This document shows positions 25,540 through 34,895 of a DNA stretch of 51,451 nucleotides, piece by piece. Origin of the DNA: an uncultured bacterium (GTDB lineage: Bacteria > Verrucomicrobiota > Kiritimatiellia > RFP12 > CAIWXQ01); contig CAIOST010000339.1 in assembly GCA_903861045.1 (NCBI GenBank), positions 1 through 51,451 on the forward strand. The letters are read 5' to 3'. The first letter of the stretch is position 1. Every line of letters begins with the position of its first letter. A program made the position numbers and the translations under genes. The notes under the pieces are model-generated. The model did no database searches, had not been told where the DNA came from, and saw nothing but the letters and a program-made list of their open reading frames with translations.

Positions 25540-26951
25540 AGCGTCTGGATTTCACCGTAGAAGACCATGGCCTGCAGTACACGGGCGCCTCCCGCATCGA
25601 GGGACCGCTGGTCTTTATCGAGCGCGTACAGGACGTCGGCTACGACGAGGTCGTGGAGATATTGGATCCTGCCGGCCACCTGCGACTTGGCCGCGTGCTG
25701 GAGATCTCGCAAACGCATGCCGTGGTACAAGTGTTGGAAGGGACCAGCGGTCTCGCCACCCGGTCCCTGCGGGCCCGTTTCCTGGGCGAAAGCTTTCGGC
25801 TCCCGGTTTCGCAAAATATGCTCGGCCGGATCTTCGACGGGTTAGGCCGTCCCGCGGACGGGGGCGCGGCACCACTCTCGAGCGATCTGCGCGACGTCAA
25901 TGGACTGCCGATCAACCCGGTAGCCCGTCGCTACCCGCGCGAATTTATCCAGACTGGCATTTCCGCGATCGACGGCATGAACGCCCTGGTCCGGGGGCAG
26001 AAGCTGCCGATCTTCTCCGGCAACGGTCTGCCGCATGACCGTCTGGCCGCGCAGATCATCAGGCAGGCGCGTCTAGTAAACGAGACAGCCGGCTTCGTAA
26101 TCGTATTCGCAGCCATGGGGATCAAGCACGATGTAGCAGAGTTCCATATCCGCAACTTGCGTGAATCCGGGGCCTTGGCCCATGCCGTCATGTTCCTGTC
26201 CCTGGCCGATGCGCCGAGCGTGGAGCGGTTGCTCACGCCACGGGTGGCCCTCACCATGGCCGAGCACCTCGCGTTTGCGTGCGGACAGCACGTGCTGGTG
26301 CTTATGACCGACATGACCAACTACTGCGAGAGTCTGCGGGAAGTCGGCTCCGCGCGCGGCGAAATTCCCGGGCGCAAGGGGTATCCGGGATACCTGTACT
26401 CCGATCTGGCCAGCCTCTACGAGCGAGCCGGTCGCATCGAGGGTGCCGCGGGATCGATCACGCAGACCGCAATCCTCACCATGCCTGCGGATGACATCAG
26501 CCATCCGGTGCCAGACCTGACGGGGTACATCACCGAAGGGCAGATCGTCCTGGATCGCGAACTATTCCAGCGCGGCATCTATCCGCCGATTGCCGGACTG
26601 CCGAGTCTATCGCGCTTAATGAAGGACGGCGTCGGCGCCGGATACACGCGGGCGGATCATCCGGCACTGGCCAGTCAGTTGTTCGCCTGCTATGCCTATG
26701 TCAAACGGGTGCGGGGCCTGGCAGATGTGATCGGCGAGGAAGATCTAAGCCCGCTCGATAAGCGCTACCTGCAGTTCGGCGAAGCGCTCGAGCAACGCCT
26801 GTTGCGCCAAGGTGAGCACGAGAACCGCCCCATTGCCCTCACGCTGGACATCGGGTGGGAGGTGCTCTCCCTGCTGCCGCGCGATGAACTGCACCGGGTA
26901 AGCGATGCCCTGGCGCAGCAGCACTACCACGGCGCCGAGTTGCTCGCATGA
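25536..26951 (+). CDS. atpB: V/A-type ATPase subunit B
   Basis: [39 protein letters not shown] and [20 protein letters not shown]. Start overlaps the A stop. Confidence 0.92.
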   Translation: MKRLDFTVEDHGLQYTGASRIEGPLVFIERVQDVGYDEVVEILDPAGHLRLGRVLEISQTHAVVQVLEGTSGLATRSLRARFLGESFRLPVSQNMLGRIFDGLGRPADGGAAPLSSDLRDVNGLPINPVARRYPREFIQTGISAIDGMNALVRGQKLPIFSGNGLPHDRLAAQIIRQARLVNETAGFVIVFAAMGIKHDVAEFHIRNLRESGALAHAVMFLSLADAPSVERLLTPRVALTMAEHLAFACGQHVLVLMTDMTNYCESLREVGSARGEIPGRKGYPGYLYSDLASLYERAGRIEGAAGSITQTAILTMPADDISHPVPDLTGYITEGQIVLDRELFQRGIYPPIAGLPSLSRLMKDGVGAGYTRADHPALASQLFACYAYVKRVRGLADVIGEEDLSPLDKRYLQFGEALEQRLLRQGEHENRPIALTLDIGWEVLSLLPRDELHRVSDALAQQHYHGAELLA

Positions 26952-27027
26952 AAGTAACGGCACGTTACGTAGTCTTCGTGAACGGCGTGGCAAATCACGG
27001 CCACGACGTTACCGCGCGAGGGATGGC

Positions 27028-27657
27028 ATGCTGCACGTAACGCCCACGAAATCCAACCTGTTAACCCTAAAACGGCAGCTAAGCTTTGCCGAGGAGGGGT
27101 ATGATATGTTGGAGCAGAAGCGGCAAATCCTGGTCCTTGAACTCATGCGTCGCCTGTCGCGCGTGCGGGAACTCGAAGACGCCACCGGCGAGGCGCTGCG
27201 CGGCGCCCACGCGGCGCAGCGGGCCGCCACGCTTGATATCGGCAGCGAGGCTCTCGACCGCGTAACCCAGGGCACGCCGCGCGAGCACGAGGTCACGCTG
27301 TCATGCCAGCATCTGATGGGTATGCGCCTGCCGTCGAGCCGCGCGCAACTACAGACGACAGGGGCACCATTCGGTGCGGGGGGCACATCCGCGAACACCG
27401 ATCTGGCAATGCTTCAATTTCTCGAAGTTCTACCGCTGCTGGGTGAGCTGGCAGGTTTGCAGAACGCCGTGCTGCGCCTGGCGCAGGAACTCCGCAAAAC
27501 GCAGCGTCGCTCCAACGCCCTCTCCAAGCGTCTGATCCCCGCCTACCGCGAAACCATCGCCTACATCGCCAGCGCACTGGAGGAGCGGGATCGCGAGGCC
27601 CTTACGATCCTAAAGATGATACGTGACCGGTTGGTAGAAAAAGCCGGTGCTTTGTAA
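27028..27657 (+). CDS. atpD: V/A-type ATPase subunit D (central stalk)
   Basis: MLHVTPTKSNLLTLKRQLSFAEEGYDMLEQKRQILVLELM is the canonical AtpD start. About 210 aa. Confidence 0.85.
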   Translation: MLHVTPTKSNLLTLKRQLSFAEEGYDMLEQKRQILVLELMRRLSRVRELEDATGEALRGAHAAQRAATLDIGSEALDRVTQGTPREHEVTLSCQHLMGMRLPSSRAQLQTTGAPFGAGGTSANTDLAMLQFLEVLPLLGELAGLQNAVLRLAQELRKTQRRSNALSKRLIPAYRETIAYIASALEERDREALTILKMIRDRLVEKAGAL

Positions 27658-27677
27658 GATGGAAAACAACCGCCCGC

Positions 27678-29564
27678 TTATTTCAATAACCCGGGCAGGA
27701 ACGTGGTCAGGCAGGGAATGTACGTGATCACCAGCACACCCACAAACAGGATCAGCAGCATGGGGAGCACCGCGCGCATGACCTCCAGCATCGGCTTATG
27801 GAACCGGTACGAGGCCAGTAGCAGGTTTAGCCCCACCGGCGGAGCAATGAACCCCAGTTCCATGTTGACCAGGAAGATGATCCCCAGATGCACGGGGTCA
27901 ATCCCCAGGGCCATCCCGACCGGCACCAGCAACGGGACCACCACCACAATTGCGGCATAAATCTCGATCAGCCCGCCGATAAACACCAGGATCACATTGA
28001 GCCCCAGCAGGAAGAGCCACCTGGATTTGACGGTACGCCCGGCCCACTCTACCAACTGATCAGGGATCTGAGCCTGCACCAGATAATGCGTGAATCCTAG
28101 CGCCACCCCCAGGATCAGCAGCACGCCACCCACCAACAGACCGCACTCCGTCATCACCCGCAGCACATCCTTAACCGGATGCAGGTCGCGGTGTATCACG
28201 GTCGTGATCAGGAAGGCAAAGGCCGCGGTCACCGCCGCTGCCTCGACCGGTGTGGCAAACCCGCCAAACAGCGCTATCAGCGCCACCGCGGGGAGCAGCA
28301 ACTCCCATTTCGCCTCCGCCATGGTCTGCCAGGCCTCACGCAGATTGAACTTCTGTAGATGCACAGCCGCATGCGGCTGCCGGCGGATCCCCCACCACGC
28401 CGTCAGCGCCATCATCAACACCCCGGGGATCAACCCGCCCAGGAACATCTTCTCCATGGTCACGCCATGGGCCTGGCTACCGCCCATGTTCGCCATGACC
28501 GTGCTGGCAATGATGGAGTAGAGAATCACCGGCAGGCAGGGTGGGAAGAGCAACCCGAGCGATCCGGCCCCAGTTAGTAACCCCAACGCATCGCGTTCGG
28601 AATAACGGGCCGCACGCAAAACCGGCAGCAGCAAACCACCCATCGCCAGAATGGTTACGCCGGAAGCACCGGTAAAAGAGGTGAAGAAGGCGCAGACCAG
28701 CACCGTGACAATCGCCGGACCACCGCGGAAGGCGCCGAACCACGCCTGAAACACGCGCACCAACCGCTTGGACGCACCGCTCTCCGCCAGGAAATAGCCG
28801 GCCAAGGTGAACAGCGGGATGCTCGGCAGCGACTGACTCGTGACCAGCGAATGATGTTTGAGAGGCATCGTCGCCAGCGGCAACTGATCCCCCCAGAATA
28901 GAATCAACGCGGCGCCACCAATCGCGGTAAAGACCGGTGCGCCCAGAATCGTCACCAGCAGCAGCAAAACCAGGGCCGGCCAGACCAAGTGGGCTGGATC
29001 CACGCCCGGAAAAAAGCCCAACCCAATCACCGCCCCCGCGATCAGCATCGCGCTGAGACGCCCGGCCCACTTGTCCGCCGCAAACCAGAACAACCGCCAC
29101 GCCATCAGCCCAAAGCCCACGGGCAACGACAACTCCACCACCCAAACCGGTATGCCGTAGACTAACAGTTCACCGGCCGTGCGTTCCGACCACACAAAGG
29201 TCACGCTGGCCGCGCACAGCAGCACACAGATGGCCGCGGCCACCCCGCCGCTGATCAGGCGCGCCGTGTCTTTGGCGCGCCCCTGCAGGAACCCCGCAAT
29301 CGTTGAAAACGTCAGCAACCGGTTTTCCCGCGCGGCAATGGCAGCCCCTGCCATGCCGATGATGAGCGTGGCATTTTGCACCAGCAGAATGGAGCCGCTG
29401 ATGCCAACCTGAAAACGGCGGAGTACGATCTCCAGCAGCGGCAGCACCACCGCCAGTGCCAGCGGCACCACCAGCAGCAGATTCTCCGCGCCGCACAGCA
29501 TACGTCGCCACCCGGTTCGCCGCACAGGGGACGGAGTGGGCGTATGGGTGGCCTCGATATGCAT
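27678..29564 (-). CDS. TRAP transporter fused small+large permease (DctQ-DctM fusion)
   Basis: 628 aa, about 16 predicted TM helices. The N-terminal ~160 aa are DctQ-like, followed by a DctM-like permease. Confidence 0.8.
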   Translation of the reverse strand: MHIEATHTPTPSPVRRTGWRRMLCGAENLLLVVPLALAVVLPLLEIVLRRFQVGISGSILLVQNATLIIGMAGAAIAARENRLLTFSTIAGFLQGRAKDTARLISGGVAAAICVLLCAASVTFVWSERTAGELLVYGIPVWVVELSLPVGFGLMAWRLFWFAADKWAGRLSAMLIAGAVIGLGFFPGVDPAHLVWPALVLLLLVTILGAPVFTAIGGAALILFWGDQLPLATMPLKHHSLVTSQSLPSIPLFTLAGYFLAESGASKRLVRVFQAWFGAFRGGPAIVTVLVCAFFTSFTGASGVTILAMGGLLLPVLRAARYSERDALGLLTGAGSLGLLFPPCLPVILYSIIASTVMANMGGSQAHGVTMEKMFLGGLIPGVLMMALTAWWGIRRQPHAAVHLQKFNLREAWQTMAEAKWELLLPAVALIALFGGFATPVEAAAVTAAFAFLITTVIHRDLHPVKDVLRVMTECGLLVGGVLLILGVALGFTHYLVQAQIPDQLVEWAGRTVKSRWLFLLGLNVILVFIGGLIEIYAAIVVVVPLLVPVGMALGIDPVHLGIIFLVNMELGFIAPPVGLNLLLASYRFHKPMLEVMRAVLPMLLILFVGVLVITYIPCLTTFLPGLLK

Positions 29565-29600
29565 GCGCAGATTCCCGTCAGGTAGCGTGAAGATCGCCGG

Positions 29601-30638
29601 CTATTTTTGCTGTGCCATCGTGCGCCGCGTCTTAACCAGACGCTGCACTTCGTCAAAGATGTCACTGGGTACCAGTTGCCCGCGGATATCTGGATAGAGT
29701 AGCTCAGCCGCAGCACGCCATTGCGATTCCACTTCCGGCAAAACCGGATGAACGGTGAGCCCGCGCTTTTTCATTGCTTCCACCGCCAGGTCGCCTTCCA
29801 CCCGGCTCTTGGCCTGAATCTCCTTGCCCGCCGTGGTCGCACTGTCCCGCAGGAGGAGCCGGGTCTCTGCAGGGATCTTATCCCAAGCATCTTTTTTGAC
29901 GACACACGCGCCCACGAGAGGGGCCCAATTCAAGTCCAGCATATGCGGGGCGTTCATATCCAACTGCCCGGCTAGGGCAAAGATCGGCGGTAGGGCGGCC
30001 GTATTGATCAAGCCGGTCTTCAGGCCGGGAAGGATATCGCCGGTTTCCAGACCCACCGGCCCATAGCCGGCCTTGCGCATCATATCCATCTGAACCACGT
30101 CGCCGGCCCAGACGAAGATCTTCATCTTCTTCAGCTCTTCGGGGGCGTTCAGGGGTTGACGGGAGAAGTAGCGAACCCATCCGGCATTGACCCAGAAGAG
30201 CACCTCATACCCTTTTTCCTGCAAGCGTTTTTCCAGCATCGGACGCAACTGCTCCTGGATGGCATCCACCTCGTCCAGATCGCGAAAGAGCATGGGTGCA
30301 TATTGCAACCCCACCACCCCCGGCTCAATCTTCGAAAGCCCCACGGCGGTCAGCAACCCGGCCTGCAAGGCATTCACATTCATCAGCCGCACCATGTCGG
30401 CCTCACTCCCCTGTGTGCCGTCCGGATAGACCACCAGCTTGACACCGCCGGCGGCCTTACGCCACTGCTCCACCATGGTCTGCAGGGATTGATGGTAGAC
30501 CGAGCCGCGCGGGGCCAGCGTGCCGAGATTTATGCGCACCTGCTTTTCGGCTGCGGCCGCCGGGAGCACGCCGCAGCAGGTCATCATCGCCAAGGCTAGC
30601 CGCAGCAGGTTCTTTTGCCACATTCTTGACATCGTCAT
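29601..30638 (-). CDS. TRAP transporter periplasmic substrate-binding protein (DctP/TatP family)
   Basis: Signal peptide followed by the DctP-family fold. Lies adjacent to the permease. Confidence 0.75.
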   Translation of the reverse strand: MTMSRMWQKNLLRLALAMMTCCGVLPAAAAEKQVRINLGTLAPRGSVYHQSLQTMVEQWRKAAGGVKLVVYPDGTQGSEADMVRLMNVNALQAGLLTAVGLSKIEPGVVGLQYAPMLFRDLDEVDAIQEQLRPMLEKRLQEKGYEVLFWVNAGWVRYFSRQPLNAPEELKKMKIFVWAGDVVQMDMMRKAGYGPVGLETGDILPGLKTGLINTAALPPIFALAGQLDMNAPHMLDLNWAPLVGACVVKKDAWDKIPAETRLLLRDSATTAGKEIQAKSRVEGDLAVEAMKKRGLTVHPVLPEVESQWRAAAELLYPDIRGQLVPSDIFDEVQRLVKTRRTMAQQK

Positions 30639-30643
30639 ACTTT

Positions 30644-31588
30644 CTATTTGTTGGGCTTGGGCAGAAACAGCTCATCCGTGCGTGACAACAGCCACCGTGC
30701 GCGCCGTTGCATAATCAGGTTCGCCAGGCGCCACGGCGGCTTGGCGTCCACATCAATGGAAAGCGCCAGGCCCAACTGCGCCTTGAACCCGTCCAAGTCC
30801 TGCTGCTGCACACAGACGGCCTCCGCCCAAGACACAAAAGGGCTGGCCTGCTGCCCGCCACTCAATGCCAGGGCGCGCTCATAATGGGCGCGAGCGCGGG
30901 GCAGCGGATCACCTGCCACCCCCTGGCGGCTGAATTCGTAGCTGATGTAGAAGGCATGCAGCGCGCCGGCCTCAAAGCGTTCGTCCAGCGTTAGGGCCCG
31001 ATCCATCAGCGCCTCGGCTTGCGGCAGATCCGCGATTAGGTCCGGATTGTCCTTGGATACGGCAATGGCCGCGAACCATGACAAGGCGCACCAATAAGCT
31101 TGGGGCACATCCTCCTTATTCAGCACCTGCACCGCCAGCCGCGCGTCCTTCTGTAAGGTCTTGGTGATGCCGGGGTGGGTAAGCTCCAACCCGCGTAAGC
31201 CGTAATTGCGTGCCCGCAGATAGAGCCGTCCGGCGCGCTTGCGTAACCGTAGCGCGGCAGCAAAATCCTTCTCCTCCAGTTCATCGGCCTCCTGCTGCAC
31301 ATAAGCATACGTATACTGCGTAAAGCCGCTGGAGGTGGCAAAGAGCAGCCCGGCATGCCGCGGATTTTCATCCAGCAGGCTTTCCATCAGTTTCAGGCTG
31401 AATGGCACCGCAGCCTTGATCAGTTCCGGGTCATCGTCGGCGGCAAAGGTCGTGCCGCCCGCGGCCAGCGCGTCCCCCACCCGATTCACCGCCAAGCGCT
31501 GTATGGAACAGCCCGAGGTGGCCACCAGCCACAGCACCATCAAAATATTCAAACAAACCTGCATGGCGCGCATAGTGGCACAGGGCAC
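30644..31588 (-). CDS. TPR-repeat lipoprotein, TatT-like component of TPR-protein-associated TRAP transporters (TPAT)
   Basis: Lipobox LVATSGC. TPR-like helical repeats. Lies immediately upstream of the dctP-dctQM genes, as T. pallidum TatT does. Confidence 0.6.
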   Translation of the reverse strand: MPCATMRAMQVCLNILMVLWLVATSGCSIQRLAVNRVGDALAAGGTTFAADDDPELIKAAVPFSLKLMESLLDENPRHAGLLFATSSGFTQYTYAYVQQEADELEEKDFAAALRLRKRAGRLYLRARNYGLRGLELTHPGITKTLQKDARLAVQVLNKEDVPQAYWCALSWFAAIAVSKDNPDLIADLPQAEALMDRALTLDERFEAGALHAFYISYEFSRQGVAGDPLPRARAHYERALALSGGQQASPFVSWAEAVCVQQQDLDGFKAQLGLALSIDVDAKPPWRLANLIMQRRARWLLSRTDELFLPKPNK

Positions 31589-31615
31589 AGTGGACTGACA
31601 AGCCGCAAAGCCTGG

Positions 31616-31834
31616 TTAGGCCCCCTTCGCGTCAGCCTGCTTCTTGGCCGCTACCTCCTTGGCATCGCGCTCCCCCTCCTCGCGCCCCTTTTTGAACTCG
31701 CCGATACTGCGCCCCAGCGACCGCGCTAGGTCAGGAATACGCTTGGCACCGAACAGCAGCAGGATTAACAGCGCCAGCAGGATTAACTCTTCCGGATTGA
31801 TGCGTCCGAATAATGCCACCGGTGTCATAGCCAT
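31616..31834 (-). CDS. tatA: Sec-independent translocase subunit TatA/E
   Basis: TM helix followed by an amphipathic helix: LILLALLILLLFGAKRIPDLARSLGRSIGEFKKG. Confidence 0.8.
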   Translation of the reverse strand: MAMTPVALFGRINPEELILLALLILLLFGAKRIPDLARSLGRSIGEFKKGREEGERDAKEVAAKKQADAKGA

Positions 31835-31863
31835 CCCCCTCTCACGCTCATCCACGCAAACGA

Positions 31864-32349
31864 TTACTCACGGCCATGGCTGGCGATAGCCCGCGAGGTC
31901 TCACGATCCGCCTCGCGACGCTTAATGGTCTCGCGACAGTCATCCTGGGTCTTGCCCCGACATACCGCCAACTCGACCTTCACGATGCCCCGCGCCGTTA
32001 AATATAACCGCAAAGGGATCAAAGCCATCCCCTTTTGCTCCTGCAGGGCCTGCAGTCGGCGAATTTCTTTCCGATGCACCAACAAGCGCCGCGTGCGCAG
32101 CGTATCGTGATTGAAACGGTTGCCGAATTCGTAAGGCGGGATGGAAACCTGTTGCAGGAAGAGCTGCCCCTTGTCCACCTTGGCATAGGCACCCGCTAAC
32201 CCGGCCTCGCCGTTGCGGACCACCTTGACCTCCGTCCCCAGCAATTCGATCCCCGCCTCGAGTTTCTCCAGAATGGAGTAATCGTGCGAGGCTTTGCGAT
32301 TGACCGTCAGATTCCGGCCGGCACGTGCGGATTTGGCATCCTGACTCAT
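31864..32349 (-). CDS. smpB: SsrA-binding protein SmpB
   Basis: NRKASHDYSILEKLEAGIELLGTEVKVVR...LLVHRKEIRRL... Start taken at MSQDAKS. Confidence 0.9.
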   Translation of the reverse strand: MSQDAKSARAGRNLTVNRKASHDYSILEKLEAGIELLGTEVKVVRNGEAGLAGAYAKVDKGQLFLQQVSIPPYEFGNRFNHDTLRTRRLLVHRKEIRRLQALQEQKGMALIPLRLYLTARGIVKVELAVCRGKTQDDCRETIKRREADRETSRAIASHGRE

Positions 32350-32403
32350 GGGATCAAGCCACCGGCAGCGCGAGACCAGCCTGCGCACCAACGCCGCAAA
32401 CGG

Positions 32404-32649
32404 CTACTCCGTCCACTTAGACTGCTTTTCTTTCAGCCGGGTGATGGTATCGAAATCAACCTCAGCCACGATTTTCCCCTCGGCAATTTCGCGCAGAACG
32501 ATATCTAAGCGGTCCTCATCCGGGGAGAGCGGTTTCACATAGGGGTGCATCCCGGCGTTGAGTTGACGAACCCGTTTGGAAACAATGTTCACCAGCACGG
32601 GTACGCTGGGGATCCGGGTCTTGGCCTTCTCAAGCTGTTCAAGATTCAC
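32404..32649 (-). CDS. rpoZ: Small protein resembling RNA polymerase omega subunit
   Basis: IPSVPVLVNIVSKRVRQLNAG resembles the RpoZ core (NRFeLvllAakRARQL). 81 aa. Confidence 0.45.
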   Translation of the reverse strand: MNLEQLEKAKTRIPSVPVLVNIVSKRVRQLNAGMHPYVKPLSPDEDRLDIVLREIAEGKIVAEVDFDTITRLKEKQSKWTE

Positions 32650-32861
32650 AAGGACGCTCCTTTTCGGGGTGAACGGCTATAATAGAAAAATATGGGCGGG
32701 GCGTCAACCGATGCATTTACAAAATATACCCGCGGCTATTCATGCGATTCTTCCCCGTACATCTCGCGCATCTTACCCCGACCTGATCTGAAACCGACTG
32801 CCCCCCCGCAGCACCAACGTCGGAGACGGCCCATGCCCCCCTCGCCGGGCGACGCCCGGGC

Positions 32862-34892
32862 TCAGGTAGAGAACGGCACAAACTGCGGATGCGCGCGTAA
32901 TTGCGCCGCAAACCCAGCCTGCATCTCGGGCGTGACATCCGCCGGATAGCGGGCACCACTGCGCTCCCAGCGCGCCAGCCAGCGCCCGTCTAAGAGTGAT
33001 ACAACGGACGCGCCGGCATCAGACAGGCAGGACGGCGCGGTACAGGCCATCGTGGTTTCGTTCTTTGGCCCGGTTGGCGCACCACGTGCCACATGAAACC
33101 CAGCCCAGAGCAGAGCGGCACGAATCGCCGTGGAGGTGGTATACGTGTAGAGCGCGCTCTTACCGGGCATGGCCGCGCGAAAAATCCGCGCGAAAATCCC
33201 GGCCGTCCATAAAGGCCCATCCGTCTTGTAGGAAAACGGGTCGTAAAAGATCAGGTCCGGTCGGGGCGCCCCAGCCAACTGCTCCTGGAAATCACCGGCT
33301 AGCAGGACCCATTGCAACCCGCCTGACGCATGCGCCCAGCCCGACTGCCGCAGCAGCGTGCTGGGGGCCGCATGATGCAGGTGGGGAAACCGCGCCGACT
33401 CCCGCACCGCCAACCGCAGCGCATCCAAATCACGCTCATAGCTGACGATCCGTAACGGGCGCAGCGGCGCGCCCGTGGCCTGCAACGCCTCCCAGCAACG
33501 TACGGCCGCCATGGCGTTGGTAGCGGCCCCCAGCCCAACATCCCAAATCACCAGTTCCGGCGCGTCGGCCTGGCGCAACCGGCTCGCCAGGTTGGACTGT
33601 GCCACATACAACTGCTGCGCTTCCTCCATGGGATTGCTGACCGAGTGCATGACTTCCCCGGAACTGCACTGGCGAATACTACAAAACCCTTGCGGCGCCA
33701 CCTGCACCTCATAATCGCCCAAGCGGGGGCGTTGCACCGCACGTGGCTGGGGGCGCCGCGCCCCCGGATCCTCTCCATCTACCCGTGCCCAAGCCAGGCG
33801 TTTCGTCTGGTAATACGCGCAAAAATCGCCGGCCACCACCTGCGCCCGCATTTCGCGCATGCTGCGATGATAGAAATGCAGATTGTGCACCCCGATCAGA
33901 TGCCAGCCCAACGCCTCCTCGGCCTTGATCAGATGGTGCAGGTAGGCCCGCGCGTAGCGGCGGCAGGTGGGGCACGCACACGTCGCATCCAGCGGCTGGT
34001 CCTGCAGGCGGTACCAACCGCGTCGCATGTGCAGGCGCCCTTCGGACGTATAGGCGGTGCCGCGCTGCGCCAGCGAGGTCGGAATGATACAGTCGAACAT
34101 ATCCACGCCGCGATGCACGGCCTCTAGCATATCTACCGGCGTGCCCACCCCCATGAGATAGCGCGGCCGCTCGCGGGGCAGGCAGGCCGTGGCCGCCGCC
34201 GTCAAATCTTCGCGCTGCGCGCGCGTCTCGCCTACGGCTAACCCCCCCACGGCAAACCCGTCAAACGGCAAACTCGTTAAAAAGGCCGCACAGGTCTCGC
34301 GTAAATCCGGAAAGGCCGCCCCCTGCACAATGCCGAAGAGCGCCTGCGGCGAATCGCCGCGCGCCGCCAAGCTCCGTTCGGCCCAGCGGTGTGTCCGTGC
34401 CATGGCGGCCTCGGCTTCCGCACGGGGCGCCGTGGAGGGAATGCATTGATCCAGCGGCATCATGATGTCGCTGGCGATCGCCTGCTGCATGGCGATGCTG
34501 GTTTCTGGCGAAAGCAGCAGCCACCGCCCGTCAATATAGCTCTGAAACATCGCCCCGGCTTCCGACATCCGGCACGACTGCGGCATGGAAAAGATCTGGT
34601 AGCCGCCGGAATCCGTCAGCACCGGGTGGTCCCATTGCATAAACCGGTGAATGCCGCCGAACTTTTCAAAGACCTCGGCGCCGGGACGCAGCATCAAGTG
34701 GTAGGTATTGGCCAGCAACACCGTGGCGCCGGCTTCGCGCAGCGACTCCACGGTCTGGCACTTGACCGTGGCCTGCGTCCCCACCGGCATAAAGACCGGC
34801 GTCTGGACCCGCCCATGACGCGTTTCGAATTCACCGGCACGCGCCCCGGAATTGGGCGCCTCCGCCGCTAGGGTAAAAGGGAGACGAGACAT
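32862..34892 (-). CDS. tgt: Queuine tRNA-ribosyltransferase (Tgt) fused to an MnmC N-terminal-type (MnmD/DUF752) SAM methyltransferase domain
   Basis: N-terminal 390 aa: FMPVGTQATVK, LTDSGGYQIFSM, Zn site CxCxxC...H (CACPTCRRYARAYLHHL). C-terminal 280 aa: LVIWDVGLGAATN...PDLIFYDPFSYKTDGPLWTAGIFARIFRAAMPGKSALYTYTTSTAIRAALLWAGFHV is colinear with E. coli MnmC residues ~60-230. Confidence 0.8.
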   Translation of the reverse strand: MSRLPFTLAAEAPNSGARAGEFETRHGRVQTPVFMPVGTQATVKCQTVESLREAGATVLLANTYHLMLRPGAEVFEKFGGIHRFMQWDHPVLTDSGGYQIFSMPQSCRMSEAGAMFQSYIDGRWLLLSPETSIAMQQAIASDIMMPLDQCIPSTAPRAEAEAAMARTHRWAERSLAARGDSPQALFGIVQGAAFPDLRETCAAFLTSLPFDGFAVGGLAVGETRAQREDLTAAATACLPRERPRYLMGVGTPVDMLEAVHRGVDMFDCIIPTSLAQRGTAYTSEGRLHMRRGWYRLQDQPLDATCACPTCRRYARAYLHHLIKAEEALGWHLIGVHNLHFYHRSMREMRAQVVAGDFCAYYQTKRLAWARVDGEDPGARRPQPRAVQRPRLGDYEVQVAPQGFCSIRQCSSGEVMHSVSNPMEEAQQLYVAQSNLASRLRQADAPELVIWDVGLGAATNAMAAVRCWEALQATGAPLRPLRIVSYERDLDALRLAVRESARFPHLHHAAPSTLLRQSGWAHASGGLQWVLLAGDFQEQLAGAPRPDLIFYDPFSYKTDGPLWTAGIFARIFRAAMPGKSALYTYTTSTAIRAALLWAGFHVARGAPTGPKNETTMACTAPSCLSDAGASVVSLLDGRWLARWERSGARYPADVTPEMQAGFAAQLRAHPQFVPFST

Positions 34893-34895
34893 GTG

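Noticed and set aside
31864-32391. Longer SmpB start at 32391
   Set aside because: N-terminal 14 residues (MVRRLVSRCRWLDP) precede the conserved SmpB start. The internal Met at 32349 fits the family length better. Kept as alternative only.
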